64,000 bases of DNA from Sedimentisphaerales bacterium (GCA_963708075.1 OY970194.1:1632001-1696000), one strand, 5' to 3'. Counted from the first letter of the stretch, positions 10,043 to 20,446 are shown. The notes: generated from the letters alone by a model not told the origin. Made by a program: numbers and translations.

Positions 10043-10071
10043 TTGACAGTGCAATTTTTGAGGCGGATAAT
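10043..10071 (+). promoter_or_regulatory. Putative sigma70 promoter of the sugar oxidoreductase operon
   Basis: TTGACA-N17-GATAAT. Confidence 0.6.
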
Positions 10072-10243
10072 CCGTCTTTACTGGCGCCGTTCGAAGATGG
10101 GTGAACTGCTGCGGCGGATATTGCGGGGGAGCGGCGATTCGGTCGATCGGCGGGTGTCAAAGTCACAGTAGGGACAGATGGATGGATACGCAGGAGATGC
10201 GTCGTTCTCGTTTTGGGCACATCGTTTACGGAAAGGCGGCGGT

Positions 10244-12064
10244 ATGAGCCAGGGTCGCAGCACACGTCGGGAGTTTCTCAGGAGTTCAGTCGTTTTGGGT
10301 GCGGGGGTTCTGGCGGCCGGTCCGCTGAGCCGGGGCCTGGCGCTGGCCGGCAGTTCGGGCTCCAAGATGAAGTTCGGCCTCGTGACCTATCTGTGGGGCC
10401 AGGACTGGGACCTGCCGACGGTGATCGCGAACTGCAAGAAGACGGGTGTCCCGGGCGTGGAACTGCGGGTGGAGCACGCCCACAAGGTGGAATCGAACCT
10501 GACCGAGGCCCAGCGGCGAGAGGTCAAGGCCCGCTTCGCCGACAGCGGCATCACGCTGGTAGGCATGGGCACGAATTTCGCCTTCCATTACGCCGAGAGC
10601 GACAAACTGGCGAAGGACATCGCCGGAGCCAAGGAGTACATCAAGCTGTCCCACGATTGCGGCGGGCTCGGCGTCAAGGTCAAGCCGAACGACCTGCCCA
10701 AGGGCGTGCCCTATGAGAAGACCATCCGGCAGATCGGCGAATCGTTGAATGAGCTGGCCGAATTCGCGGCCGGGTACGGCCAGAAGCTGCGACTGGAGGT
10801 CCATGGCGGATGCTCGCTGCTGCCCACGATGAAGGCGATCATGGACGTGGCGACCCATCCCAATGCCGGAGTGTGCTGGAACTGCAACTCGCAAGACCTC
10901 GAAGGTCAGGGCCTGGAGTACAACTTCAACCTCGTGCGTTCGCGGTTCGGCGACACCGCCCACGTCCGCGAGTTGAACCTCGACGATTATCCGTACCAGC
11001 AGTTGATCAACCTGCTCGTCGCGACGAACTACGACGGCTGGGTCCTGCTGGAGGGCCGGACCAAGCCCGCCGACCGGGTGAAGGCCCTGGCGGAGCAGCG
11101 GGAGGTCTTCGAGCAGATGGTGGCCAAGGCCCAGTCGGCCCCCAAACCCAGCGCGAGCGGTGTCAAGATCACCGAGCACGATAAGAAGGTCACCGTGGAG
11201 ATCGACGGCAAGCTGTTCACAGAATACTGCATGAAGGACGTCATCCGGCCATACTTCTACCCGGTGATCGGCCCGACGGGCATGCCGGTCATTCGGCACT
11301 GGCCCATCGCCGACGGCGGACCCGACGAGGAGCGCGACCATCCTCATCACAAGTCGCTCTGGTACACCCACGGCAACGTCAACGACGTCGATTTCTGGAC
11401 CGACGGCAAAGGCAAGATCGTCCACGACAAGTTCGTCGAAATCAGCTCCGGGCCGAAGGTCGGCGTGATCAAATCGCAAAACAACTGGATCGCCCCGGAC
11501 GGCAAGCTCATCTGCACCGACACGCGGATGCACCGGTTCTACAACCGGCCCGAGGGCACGATGATGGACTTCGAGGTGACGATCCACGCCTCCCAGGGCC
11601 AGGTGACCATGGGCGACACGAAGGAAGGCTCGATGGCGATCCGCCTGGCCCCGACAATGCAGACCACGCCGACGAAGGCCATGAAAGCCAGAGGCGAAGC
11701 GGCCAAGGGCCATATCATCAACAGCGAAGGCCTGACGGACAACGCTACGTGGGGCAAGCGGGCCACGTGGTGCGACTACTACGGGCCGGTCAACGACGAG
11801 GTCGTCGGCGTGGCGATCTTCGACCACCCGGAGAACCCGCGGCATCCGACGTGGTGGCACGTCCGCGACTACGGGCTGTTCGCCGTCAATCCGTTCGGCA
11901 TCCACGATTTCGAGAAAAAGCCCGCCGGCGCAGGGGACTTCGTGATCCCGGCCGGCCAGAGTGCAACATTCAAGTACCGCTTCTACTTCCACAGAGGCGA
12001 TGAGAAACAAGGCAAAGTGGCCGAACTGTATCGTGAATACGCTTCGGCGGCCGGCAGCAAATGA
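10244..12064 (+). CDS. Tat-exported fusion: sugar-phosphate isomerase/epimerase TIM barrel + DUF6807 domain
   Basis: TRREFL Tat motif; xylose-isomerase-like barrel (LRLEVHG, HVREL, YDGWVLLE); C-half RPYFYPV.GP, DHPHHKSLW, WCDYYG, WHVRDYGLF. Confidence 0.8.
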   Translation: MSQGRSTRREFLRSSVVLGAGVLAAGPLSRGLALAGSSGSKMKFGLVTYLWGQDWDLPTVIANCKKTGVPGVELRVEHAHKVESNLTEAQRREVKARFADSGITLVGMGTNFAFHYAESDKLAKDIAGAKEYIKLSHDCGGLGVKVKPNDLPKGVPYEKTIRQIGESLNELAEFAAGYGQKLRLEVHGGCSLLPTMKAIMDVATHPNAGVCWNCNSQDLEGQGLEYNFNLVRSRFGDTAHVRELNLDDYPYQQLINLLVATNYDGWVLLEGRTKPADRVKALAEQREVFEQMVAKAQSAPKPSASGVKITEHDKKVTVEIDGKLFTEYCMKDVIRPYFYPVIGPTGMPVIRHWPIADGGPDEERDHPHHKSLWYTHGNVNDVDFWTDGKGKIVHDKFVEISSGPKVGVIKSQNNWIAPDGKLICTDTRMHRFYNRPEGTMMDFEVTIHASQGQVTMGDTKEGSMAIRLAPTMQTTPTKAMKARGEAAKGHIINSEGLTDNATWGKRATWCDYYGPVNDEVVGVAIFDHPENPRHPTWWHVRDYGLFAVNPFGIHDFEKKPAGAGDFVIPAGQSATFKYRFYFHRGDEKQGKVAELYREYASAAGSK

Positions 12065-12067
12065 CGT

Positions 12068-12152
12068 AATTGATAATGGATGATTGATGATGGATAATTG
12101 AAATAGGAGGTCGGACCTTCCTTCATCAATGATCAATCATCAATCATCAATG
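12068..12152. repeat. Heptamer tandem inverted-repeat hairpin
   Basis: Left units TGATAAT/GGATGAT/TGATGAT/GGATAAT; right units ATCAATG/ATCAATC x2/ATCAATG. Confidence 0.8.
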
Positions 12153-12166
12153 GAAAGGGTCAGACT

Positions 12167-13648
12167 ATGAGCAACGTGACACGTCGTGACTTTCTCAGGA
12201 CTTCGATGGCCGTGGGCGCCGGCCTGGCGATGGCGGCACCGGCCTCACGCGTGCTGGGGGCCAATGACGACATCCGCCTGGGCATCGTGGGCGTCGGAAG
12301 CCAGGGCGGCGGACACATGGGCATCTTCAGCAAGATCCCGGGCGTCCGCCTCGTGGCGATTAGCGACGCCGATCGCAATCAGCTTGACAGGAGGGCTGCC
12401 AATTTCGAGAAAGAGAACGGCGTCAAGCTCAAGACATACGTGGACTTCCGCAAGCTGCTGGAGGACAAGGAGATCGACGCGATCACGTCGGCCACGCCGA
12501 ACCACTGGCACGCGCTGGTGACGGTCTGGGCCTGCCAGGCGGGCAAAGACGTGTACATCGAGAAACCCGCTTGCCATGAGATCTGGGAGGGCCGCAAGAT
12601 GGTCGAGGCCGCCCGCAAGTACAACCGCATCGTCCAGATCGGCACGCAGAAACGCTCGTCCGAAGCCCACAAGGCGGCGTTCGAGTGGATTCGCGAAGGT
12701 CACATCGGCAAGATCAAGTGGGTTCGCGGGTTCTGCTACAAAGGCCGCGGCCCCGGCACTAATGGGATCGTCAAGGGCACGAATGGTCCCAAGCCTATAC
12801 CGGCCAGCGTGGACTACAACCTCTGGTGCGGCCCGGCCGAAATGACACCGCTGCAGCGCGAGCAGTTGCATTACGTCTGGCACTGGGTCTGGAACACCGG
12901 CAACGGCGACATCGGCAACCAGGGTCCCCACGAGATGGACATCGCCCGCTGGGCGCTGGGCAATCCCGGACTGCCGACGAGAGCCTTCAGCATCGGCGGC
13001 CGGTTCGGCGTCAGCGAGGTCGGGGATGTGGGCGAGACGGCCAATACCCAGATCGCCTTCTTTGACTACAAGCCGGCTCCGCTGATCTTCGAAGTGCGCG
13101 GGCTGCCTACGAAGAAAGGCGAGCGCACGATGGACAACTACCGCCGGACCGGTGTCGATATCGGCGACTGCGTTCAGTGCGAAGGCGGGTACTTCCCCTC
13201 CGGCGACGGCGGCGGTTGGGTCTTCGATAACGACGGCAAGAAGATTCAGCAGTTCTCCGGCCGCGGCGGCGAAGGACACCATGAGAACTTCATCAAGGCC
13301 GTGCGCAGCCGCAAACGCAGCGACCAGAACGCCGACATCGAGGTCGGACATCTCTCGGCCGCCCTGTGCCACATGGCCAACACCTCCTACCGCCTGGGCA
13401 AGAAGGCGACCGTTGACGAGATCAAGGCCGCCATCGGCGACAATGCCGAGATGATGGACTCATTCAACAGGATGCTCGACCATCTGGCCGCCAACGAGGT
13501 GGACCTTACGAAAGAGCCCATCACGATGGGCCCGGTACTCACGATGGATCCCGAGAAGGAGCAGTACGTCGGCGAGAACAGCGAGATGGCCAACATGTTC
13601 CTGAAACGCAACTACCGCGAGCCGTTCGTGGTGCCGGAGCGTGTCTAA
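12167..13648 (+). CDS. Tat-exported Gfo/Idh/MocA oxidoreductase
   Basis: TRRDFL; GIVGVGSQG; ATPNHWH; GKDVYIEKP; DIGNQGPHEMD. Confidence 0.92.
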   Translation: MSNVTRRDFLRTSMAVGAGLAMAAPASRVLGANDDIRLGIVGVGSQGGGHMGIFSKIPGVRLVAISDADRNQLDRRAANFEKENGVKLKTYVDFRKLLEDKEIDAITSATPNHWHALVTVWACQAGKDVYIEKPACHEIWEGRKMVEAARKYNRIVQIGTQKRSSEAHKAAFEWIREGHIGKIKWVRGFCYKGRGPGTNGIVKGTNGPKPIPASVDYNLWCGPAEMTPLQREQLHYVWHWVWNTGNGDIGNQGPHEMDIARWALGNPGLPTRAFSIGGRFGVSEVGDVGETANTQIAFFDYKPAPLIFEVRGLPTKKGERTMDNYRRTGVDIGDCVQCEGGYFPSGDGGGWVFDNDGKKIQQFSGRGGEGHHENFIKAVRSRKRSDQNADIEVGHLSAALCHMANTSYRLGKKATVDEIKAAIGDNAEMMDSFNRMLDHLAANEVDLTKEPITMGPVLTMDPEKEQYVGENSEMANMFLKRNYREPFVVPERV

Positions 13649-13650
13649 GA

Positions 13651-13718
13651 GAGTAGACAGTTGTCAGTTCCCAGTTGACAGTTGCGCACTGGGAACTGAC
13701 AACTGAAAACTGGAAACT
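13651..13718. repeat. Heptamer tandem inverted-repeat hairpin
   Basis: CAGTTGT-CAGTTCC-CAGTTGA-CAGTTGC vs ACTGGGA-ACTGACA-ACTGAAA-ACTGGAA; 18-bp perfect inverted repeat 13658-13675 / 13688-13705. Confidence 0.85.
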
Positions 13719-13723
13719 CAGAG

Positions 13724-14557
13724 ATGAGATTTGCCCTCTGCAACGAGATGTTCGAGGCCCGGCCGATGGCCGAGATCGCCGCTGTCGCGAGCCGGCTCGG
13801 CTATCACGGCCTGGAGCTTGCCCCCTTCACGCTGGCTCCCTCCGCGACCGAGGTCACGAAGCGGCAGCGCAAGGAAACCCGCAAGGTCATCGCCGACCAC
13901 GGGCTCGAAACGGTCGGCCTGCACTGGCTGTTCGCGAGGCCCGGGGGAGCAAAAGATCTTCCGCCCCTGCACATGACCACGCCGGACCAGGCCACATGGC
14001 AGCGGACGCGGGATTACCTGACCGCTCTGCTCGACCTGTGCAGCGATCTCGGCGGCAAGGTCCTCGTCCTCGGCTCGCCCAAGCAGCGAGATATCATCGA
14101 GGGCCAGACCAGAGAGGGCGCATGGCGCCGGGCGGTCGATCTGCTCAGCTCGGTGCTCGACCAGGCCGGTGAGCTGGGCCTGACGATCTGTTTCGAGCCG
14201 CTCTCGCCCGCCGAGACGAACTTCGTCAACACCGTCGAGGAAGGCATGAAAATGGTTCGCGAGATCGGCCATCCGAATTTCAAGATCCATCTCGATGTCA
14301 AGGCGATGAGCTCGGAATCCAGGCCCGTACCGGCGGTTATCCGCGCAGTGAAGGTCGGGGACATCGGTCATTTCCATGTGAACGATCCAAACCTCTACGG
14401 CCCCGGCATGGGCGAGGTCGATTACGCCCCCATCGCCCAGGCCGTCCGCGACATCGGCTACGACAAGTGGCTCTCCGTCGAGGTCTTCAAGTACGACCCC
14501 GACCCCGAAACCATCGCCAGAAAGAGCATCGACTACCTCCGCCACTTCTGGCCCTGA
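13724..14557 (+). CDS. Sugar phosphate isomerase/epimerase (tagatose-3-epimerase-like)
   Basis: FEPL...ETNF, LDVKAM, HFHVND, GPGMG, WLSVEVF motifs. Confidence 0.88.
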   Translation: MRFALCNEMFEARPMAEIAAVASRLGYHGLELAPFTLAPSATEVTKRQRKETRKVIADHGLETVGLHWLFARPGGAKDLPPLHMTTPDQATWQRTRDYLTALLDLCSDLGGKVLVLGSPKQRDIIEGQTREGAWRRAVDLLSSVLDQAGELGLTICFEPLSPAETNFVNTVEEGMKMVREIGHPNFKIHLDVKAMSSESRPVPAVIRAVKVGDIGHFHVNDPNLYGPGMGEVDYAPIAQAVRDIGYDKWLSVEVFKYDPDPETIARKSIDYLRHFWP

Positions 14558-14588
14558 CGGACATCGGTATCCCGCAAGCACGTTTCAC

Positions 14589-14619
14589 GAGGCAGGCCCC
14601 CAAGCCTGCCTCTTCGTTT
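14589..14619 (+). terminator. Intrinsic terminator of the 10244-14557 operon
   Basis: GAGGCAGGC-CCCCAA-GCCTGCCTC then TTCGTTT. Confidence 0.65.
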
Positions 14620-14645
14620 GTCCACCGAAGCGACAAGCAGGATCC

Positions 14646-14725
14646 GGGTGGCAGCGGCAAGCGCAGCTTGCCGACGGTTTGCCCATTCGCCATCGGCAAA
14701 GCTTTCGGCTTTGCCGATGCCACCC
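14646..14725. repeat. GGGTG-ended 80 bp double-hairpin element, second subfamily
   Basis: GGGTGGCA...TGCCACCC ends; hairpins CGGCAAGC-GCA-GCTTGCCG and CATCGGCAAAGC-TTTCG-GCTTTGCCGATG. Confidence 0.75.
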
Positions 14726-14904
14726 AGCGATATGAGATACTCAACCATAGTCGGTATCACCCCATGTCTGCCGTACCACAATCTTTCGTGCACCCGATCC
14801 TCCCCGGCTGCGTAGAATACTCGTTACGTTCGATGGAGAATATCGATAGAATAGCCGGCACGATTCAGGACCTTGTCTGTTATGCATTGGGCGAGTCGGT
14901 GAGT

Positions 14905-17466
14905 ATGGACACGAAACGGAAACTCCTTAGAAATGCCGGTTCCATCATCAGCGTCTGTCTGTTCGTCGTGGCCGCCGTTGTCATTCATCACGAACTGAAG
15001 GCCTACCGCGTCCACGACATCGCCCGTCAGATCGGGCAGGTGCCTCGCGGCAACGTGCTGGCCGCCTTCGTACTCACCATCCTCAACTATCTGGTCCTGA
15101 CCGGCAGCGACGCACTCGCGCTGCGGTACGTGCGTCATCCGCTCGCCTATCACAGGCTCGCCTTCGCCTCGTTCATCGGGTACGCCTTCAGCAACAATGT
15201 AACGATCGTCGGGGGAAGCGCCGCTCGATACCGAGTCTATTCGGCATTAGGTGTGTCTGCCAACGATCTCACGGAGCTGATCCTCTTTTGCAGCCTTACA
15301 TTCTGGCTGGGTCTCTTCGCTGTCGGCGGTGCCGTGCTTGTGCTGGAGTGGCAATCGCTGCCCGTGCCGCAGGAATTGCACCTGCCCTTCCAATCCATCT
15401 GGATGATCGGGATTGTCTTTCTCCTGGTCGTGGGCGTCTATCTGGTCGGTGTCGCACTGCGCCGGCGTCCACTGAACATTCGCGGGTGGGAGTTGCCTGT
15501 GCCCTCGCTGGCGTTGGCCGTCGGTCAGGTTGGGATCTCGGCTCTCGACTGGCTGCTGGCGGCCGGAGTCCTGTTTGTTCTGCTCCCGGAGGGGCTGCAC
15601 GTAACGTTCGCCAGGTTCCTCGGCATCTTCATGCTTGCCCAGTCGGCCGGGCTGCTCAGTTACGTCCCGGGAGGACTTGGCGTTTTCGAGACCGTCCTGC
15701 TGTTGTCCCTCGCCGACGACAGCGATGCGGCGGCTCTGACAGCGGCGTTGCTTCTGTATCGGTTCATCTATTACTTTCTGCCGTTGATGCTGGGCGTCAT
15801 GTTGTTGACCATTCACGAGATTCTGCCCCAAATGCCCACCGTCAAGCGCGTCGGCATTCGCATTGGGAAATGGGGCTCGGCGGTCGTGCCGCAGGTATTC
15901 GCCTTCGCCGTGTTCGTGGCCGGAGCGATCCTTCTATTCTCCGGCGCCCTGCCGCCGGTCCGGGGACGGTTCGAGGTGCTTCGGGACCTGCTGCCTCTTC
16001 CGGCGATCGAGCTATCCCACTTCCTCGGCAGCCTCACGGGTGCGGCGCTGCTGATCCTGGCTCGCGGCCTGCAACGACGCCTGGACGGCGCGTACCACCT
16101 CACGATCCTCTTGCTCGCTGCCGGCATCGGCTTTTCCCTGCTCAAGGGACTGGACTACGAAGAGGCGATTATCCTCGGCGTCATGCTGGCGGCCCTCCTG
16201 CCCTGCCGGAGCCAGTTCTACCGCAAGGCCTCTCTCACCACACAATGGTTCAGCCCGGGATGGATGACGCTGATTCTCATCGTCCTGCTGTGCTCCGTAT
16301 GGTTGGGCCTGTTCGCCTACAAACACGTGGACTACTCCCATGACCTGTGGTGGAAATTCACGTTCCGGGGCGATGCGCCGCGGTTCCTGCGAGCGACGGC
16401 GGGAGCAGTCGCCTTGATCCTTCTTTATGCCGGAGCGCGACTCCTCGTGCCGACACAGCCCAACCCGGAAGTGCTGGACCAAAGTACGCTGGCGAAAGTC
16501 CGTGAGATTGTCGATGCGTCGCCAAAGACCTATGCCTGCCTGGCCCTGCTGGGCGATAAGCAGTTCGTCTTCAGCGACAGGCAGGATGCGTTCATCATGT
16601 ACGGCGTCGAGAATCGCACATGGGTCGCCATGGGCGATCCGATCGGACCTCAGGAGCAATGGGAGGACCTCGCCTGGAAGTTTCTCGAGATCTGCGACCG
16701 CTATGATGGCCAGCCCGTGTTCTACCAGGTCGATGCGCAGGCTCTCGATCTGTACACGAATCTGGGTATGACGTTCTTGAAGCTCGGGGAAGAGGCGCGG
16801 GTGTCCCTCGCATCCTTCTCACTGGAAGGCAACGCCAGAAAGGGATTGCGACACTCCCACAACAAGACCGCGAAGGACAATTACACCTTCCGGATACTGC
16901 CTGCAGACCAGGTCCCGGCCATCCTGGACTCGCTGACGCGTGTCTCGGATGCCTGGCTGCGGGAGAAGAATACGAGGGAGAAGGGATTCTCGCTGGGCTT
17001 CTTCGACCCTGCGTACATCTCGCGGTGCCCCGTCGCCGTCGTGGACAGCCCCGACGGGATCGCCGCGTTTGCCAATCTCTGGCAGGGCGCGGGGAAGGAG
17101 GAGCTGTCCGTTGACCTGATGCGCCACCTGCCGAGCTGCCCGGAAGGCATCATGGACTACCTGTTCATCGAGCTGATGCTATGGGGCAGAGGGCAGGGCT
17201 ACGCGTGGTTCAATCTGGGCATGGCCCCCTTGTCGGGCCTGGAGAATCGGGCCCTGGCCCCCTTCTGGACCAAGGCCGGCGCCTTGCTCTTTCGCCACGG
17301 GGAGCACTTCTATAACTTCCAGGGCCTGCGGCAATATAAGGACAAATTCGGCCCGGAATGGCGTCCGAAGTACCTGGCCTGCCGCGGCGGCCTGGCCCTG
17401 CCCCGCATTCTGACGAACATCGCCACCCTGACCTCCGGCGGCCTCGGCGGAATCATCGCGAAATAG
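14905..17466 (+). CDS. mprF: Bifunctional aminoacyl-phosphatidylglycerol flippase/synthase
   Basis: Multi-TM flippase (RYRVYS..G, VPGGLGVFE, LLYR.IY) plus DUF2156 synthase (GDPIG, KLGEEA, EKGFSLG, DLMR, FNLGMAPL, YNFQGLRQYKDKF.P.W). Confidence 0.93.
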   Translation: MDTKRKLLRNAGSIISVCLFVVAAVVIHHELKAYRVHDIARQIGQVPRGNVLAAFVLTILNYLVLTGSDALALRYVRHPLAYHRLAFASFIGYAFSNNVTIVGGSAARYRVYSALGVSANDLTELILFCSLTFWLGLFAVGGAVLVLEWQSLPVPQELHLPFQSIWMIGIVFLLVVGVYLVGVALRRRPLNIRGWELPVPSLALAVGQVGISALDWLLAAGVLFVLLPEGLHVTFARFLGIFMLAQSAGLLSYVPGGLGVFETVLLLSLADDSDAAALTAALLLYRFIYYFLPLMLGVMLLTIHEILPQMPTVKRVGIRIGKWGSAVVPQVFAFAVFVAGAILLFSGALPPVRGRFEVLRDLLPLPAIELSHFLGSLTGAALLILARGLQRRLDGAYHLTILLLAAGIGFSLLKGLDYEEAIILGVMLAALLPCRSQFYRKASLTTQWFSPGWMTLILIVLLCSVWLGLFAYKHVDYSHDLWWKFTFRGDAPRFLRATAGAVALILLYAGARLLVPTQPNPEVLDQSTLAKVREIVDASPKTYACLALLGDKQFVFSDRQDAFIMYGVENRTWVAMGDPIGPQEQWEDLAWKFLEICDRYDGQPVFYQVDAQALDLYTNLGMTFLKLGEEARVSLASFSLEGNARKGLRHSHNKTAKDNYTFRILPADQVPAILDSLTRVSDAWLREKNTREKGFSLGFFDPAYISRCPVAVVDSPDGIAAFANLWQGAGKEELSVDLMRHLPSCPEGIMDYLFIELMLWGRGQGYAWFNLGMAPLSGLENRALAPFWTKAGALLFRHGEHFYNFQGLRQYKDKFGPEWRPKYLACRGGLALPRILTNIATLTSGGLGGIIAK

Positions 17467-17629
17467 AACAACACCAGACACCGCGGATACGCTATCAGCG
17501 GGCCAGCGACTCTCCGTCGAGCCATTCTACGTCCGCTGCTTCCGGCCGTGAAAGCCACCGTGACGAACAAATCCGTGAAAGGCTTGTCAAATCGACCGCT
17601 GGTCTTATTCTCTCACCATATCGAAGGCC

Positions 17630-18025
17630 GTAGGGTACGCCATGCACACCATTTCTCCCACGCGTCCGAAACATCGGGAGTGCGGGGTTTGGCGGAAGCG
17701 GCTCTGGGAACATCGCATTCGGGATGAGAGCGACATGATCCATCGCGTCAATTACATCCACTACAACCCGGCAAAGCACTTGCTCGTAACATGCCCTCAT
17801 GCATGGGCATATTCCAGCTTTCACCAGTGGGTGAAAGAGGGTTATTACAAACAGGATTGGCTGTGCGTTTGCGAGGGCCGGCGGCCCATCATGCCGGATT
17901 TCGGTCGGATCAGCATTGTAGGCGAGTAACAACCATCTGCTATGCGACGATTTCCTGGTTTCGGCGAGCTCTGACCCGCAACGGGCCGCCAATCTCAGAG
18001 TCGTGGTGTGCACGGCACACCCTAC
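17630..18025 (+). mobile_element. Deleted RAYT/REP locus: C-terminal RAYT fragment between two inward-facing GTAG REPs
   Basis: REP GTAGGGTACGCCATGCACACC (17630-17650) and inverted GGTGTGCACGGCACACCCTAC (18005-18025) flank the fragment. Confidence 0.8.
17642..17929 (+). pseudogene. REP-associated tyrosine transposase (IS200/IS605 TnpA-like), C-terminal half only
   Basis: W.KRLWEHRIRDE.D...VNYIHYNP.KH.LV..P..W.YSSFH..V..G.Y..DW; no N-terminal HUH motif. Confidence 0.85.
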
Positions 18026-18046
18026 ATGTGAAGCGTCACCTCCTTC

Positions 18047-18613
18047 TTACACGCAGCAGGCGAGGCGGGTCTTCAGGGACTTTTTGGCTCGGTGGAAGTG
18101 GATGCGGGCGCGCGCCGGGGTGGTGCGGGTGCGGGCGGCGATCTCGGCGTAGTCGAGGTCGTCGTAGCAGCGAAGCTGGAGGATGTCGCGGTGACAACTG
18201 TTGAGTTGTTCGACGGCGGCGGTGATCTGCTGCTGAGTCTCCTCGCGGAGTTGAGCGTCGAGGGGCGTGTCGTCGCAGGCAGAGTCCTCCCCCGCGGCGG
18301 CTTTGGCGTGGAGCAGTCTCGCTTCCAGGCAGGACCGCAGGCGCCGGTCGCGGTGGCCGTTCTGGATCTTGCTCCAGGCGATGCGGTAAATCCAGGGCCA
18401 GAACCGCCGGCTGTCGCGCAGCGTGCCGAGCCCGCAGATCATCGCCAGCAGCGTCTCCTGGACCACGTCCTCGGCCGCATTGTGGTCCAGCGTGGTCCGG
18501 AAGGCGAACGTGTACAGGCGATCCCAGACCACGCGGGCGAGGTGGCCCATCGCTGCCCCATCGCCCGACCGGGCCTCCGCAAGAAACGGGATGGATACGC
18601 TGCTAGCACTCAT
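18047..18613 (-). CDS. ECF sigma-70 factor
   Basis: GD..A...L, AEDVVQET, F.PWIYRIA, region 4 L....R.IL.LR....L.Y.EIA...RA.K.LK. Confidence 0.9.
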   Translation of the reverse strand: MSASSVSIPFLAEARSGDGAAMGHLARVVWDRLYTFAFRTTLDHNAAEDVVQETLLAMICGLGTLRDSRRFWPWIYRIAWSKIQNGHRDRRLRSCLEARLLHAKAAAGEDSACDDTPLDAQLREETQQQITAAVEQLNSCHRDILQLRCYDDLDYAEIAARTRTTPARARIHFHRAKKSLKTRLACCV

Positions 18614-18685
18614 ACTTGGTCCTCGCCTATACAAGGCAGTCCATTGGGTCGAGGTAACAGGAATATCAAGTGTCCGACACAATTA

Positions 18686-18713
18686 TTGGACAAAGGGCGC
18701 TGACAGAGGTTCC
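18686..18713 (-). promoter_or_regulatory. ECF-type (possibly autoregulatory) promoter upstream of the ECF gene
   Basis: Minus strand GGAACC-N16-GTCCAA; imperfect palindrome TGTCCGACACAATTATTGGACA at 18671-18692 overlaps it. Confidence 0.55.
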
Positions 18714-18717
18714 CAAG

Positions 18718-18793
18718 TTTGATGTCTGATTTTTGATGTATGATTTTTGAAGCCCCCACATCTCACTTCAAACATCAAGCATCACACTTCGAA
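18718..18793. repeat. Heptamer tandem inverted-repeat hairpin overlapping a stop codon
   Basis: TTTGATG-TCTGATT-TTTGATG-TATGATT-TTTGAAG vs CATCTCA-CTTCAAA-CATCAAG-CATCACA-CTTCGAA. Confidence 0.8.
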
Positions 18794-20437
18794 CTTTCTT
18801 GAGATCGTCTCCTCCGGCCGGGGGGAAGGGTTGTCGCAGGTTTGCTCCTCCGGCCGGCCGATCACGCGCCAGGCAGGCGGCACCAACTCGGGCACGAGCC
18901 ACGGGCTGCCGCAATGATGGCATTTCTCCCCATCCACCCATCGGTCGCGGCCGCAGTTCTGGCATGTGACGCGGGCGGTCTTCGGCCGGGTGATCTGGTA
19001 CGTGACATATGCGGGCAAGGCGAACAGGACGGTCGCCGCCATCCATAGCCGTCTCGTTCGGGCCGGCACGCCCGCGCGACGGGCATCAGCGCCAACGAGC
19101 CGTGCGAGCGCGATACCCACGAACAGGCCGGGCACCAGGAACGGCAGCGCCGACACGAAACAAGGGATTACCGACGACGCGAGGTCCGTATTCTTCATCG
19201 CGGCGAACGAGTTCGGCAGGATGAAGAGCGACCGATGGCCGGCAGTCGCTTCGATGCCCGGCCCCGTGAAATAGGACAGCCACAGCAGCACCGGCGGATG
19301 CAGGCTTTCCAAAATGAACTTCGTTATAGAAAGGGCCGCCGCGCCCGGCAATCGCTCGTACAAGGCCGTGACCATCAGGAGAGTTGTATGTCGCTCCCTG
19401 CCGTCGCCCCGAGGAATCCCTGTGACGGTGCCGTCCTGCCCGCCCACGGCCAGACCATTGGCGTCGAACACGTCCAGCCGCATCGCGGTGCCGTCGCGTG
19501 ACAGCGCCGCCACAGCGTAGCCGGCATATATCTCGCCCCTGCCGAAGAACACGGGATGGACCTCGAATGCAAACAGATCGTCCGGCGGCGGCCGCCGGCC
19601 GGAGGCGAACAGGGCCGCGACATCCGGCAGTCGGCCGACGGAGCCGGTGAACGCCAGCGTCGTGAGATCGAGCATTTGGATGCGTCCCGCCTCATCGAGG
19701 ACGACGATCCGGTCCGGGTTCGTGCCGTAGGTGTAGTGCGGTACCTGAGTGTCAAGGCTGATGTAGAGGCATCCCGGCTGCTTGCGGGGCCAACCGAAAT
19801 CAACCGGCGCAGGGCGCGAGCCGGTAACGGCGAGCCCTGGTGGACCGTCTTGCTGGGCCAGTGGATCGCGAAGAATCGCCGCAAGCTGCGGTCGTACACG
19901 ATGGGACGGTCGAGGTCGCCCGCAATGAGCCGCATGACCGGATCGCGGAATCGGCCAAGCTGCTTGTCAGGCTTTTCCGATATCCCCTCGGGACCGGCAT
20001 ACAGGAGGACGGACTTGGGCACGGCGCTCCCGGTCGATTGAATTACCGGGATCACGGAGTCGAGCACCATCAGGCCGCGAGATCGGTCGAAATAGAATGG
20101 CGGGTCTTTATCGCCCTTGCTCCACACGTACACGGACGATTCAGGCGAGCCAAGCTCGTGGGCTCGCTGATACTGCTGGATGCCAAGCCCCTGCGCAGAC
20201 ACCTCTTCCGGCCTTATCTGGGCGACGAAACGCAAGGGAATACCGTTTGGGTCTCTACCGGTCTTGCGCAATGAGACGCGAGGCGTCGACCACGACTGTC
20301 CGGGCCTGCTCGGGAAGCAGCGAATACCGTGCGGATTCGCAGCCCCACCGGGCCCAGAACAGAACAAGCACGGTCACGAACAGCACGAGGAAACCCGTTG
20401 CTAGAACGTACAGAGTACTGTATCTTCGCGTTTTCAT
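18782..20437 (-). CDS. Large membrane protein of the ABC operon, with C-terminal TM pair and CxxC-CxxC zinc ribbon; at least 2 frameshifts
   Basis: N-terminal TM MKTRRYSTLYVLATGFLVLF; pieces in ORFs 20255-20446, 19375-20367, 18782-19675; ends CQNCG...CHHCG. Confidence 0.65.
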
Positions 20438-20446
20438 AGCCGACAC

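Noticed and set aside
10286..12136. Long antisense ORFs (also 2786-4165, 32338-33735, 55630-56994, 57775-58929)
   Set aside because: Shadows of well-supported opposite-strand genes in high-GC DNA, with no motifs
14467..14904. 146-aa N-terminal extension of MprF
   Set aside because: Runs through a terminator and a repeat element; ATG 14905 gives a normal MprF
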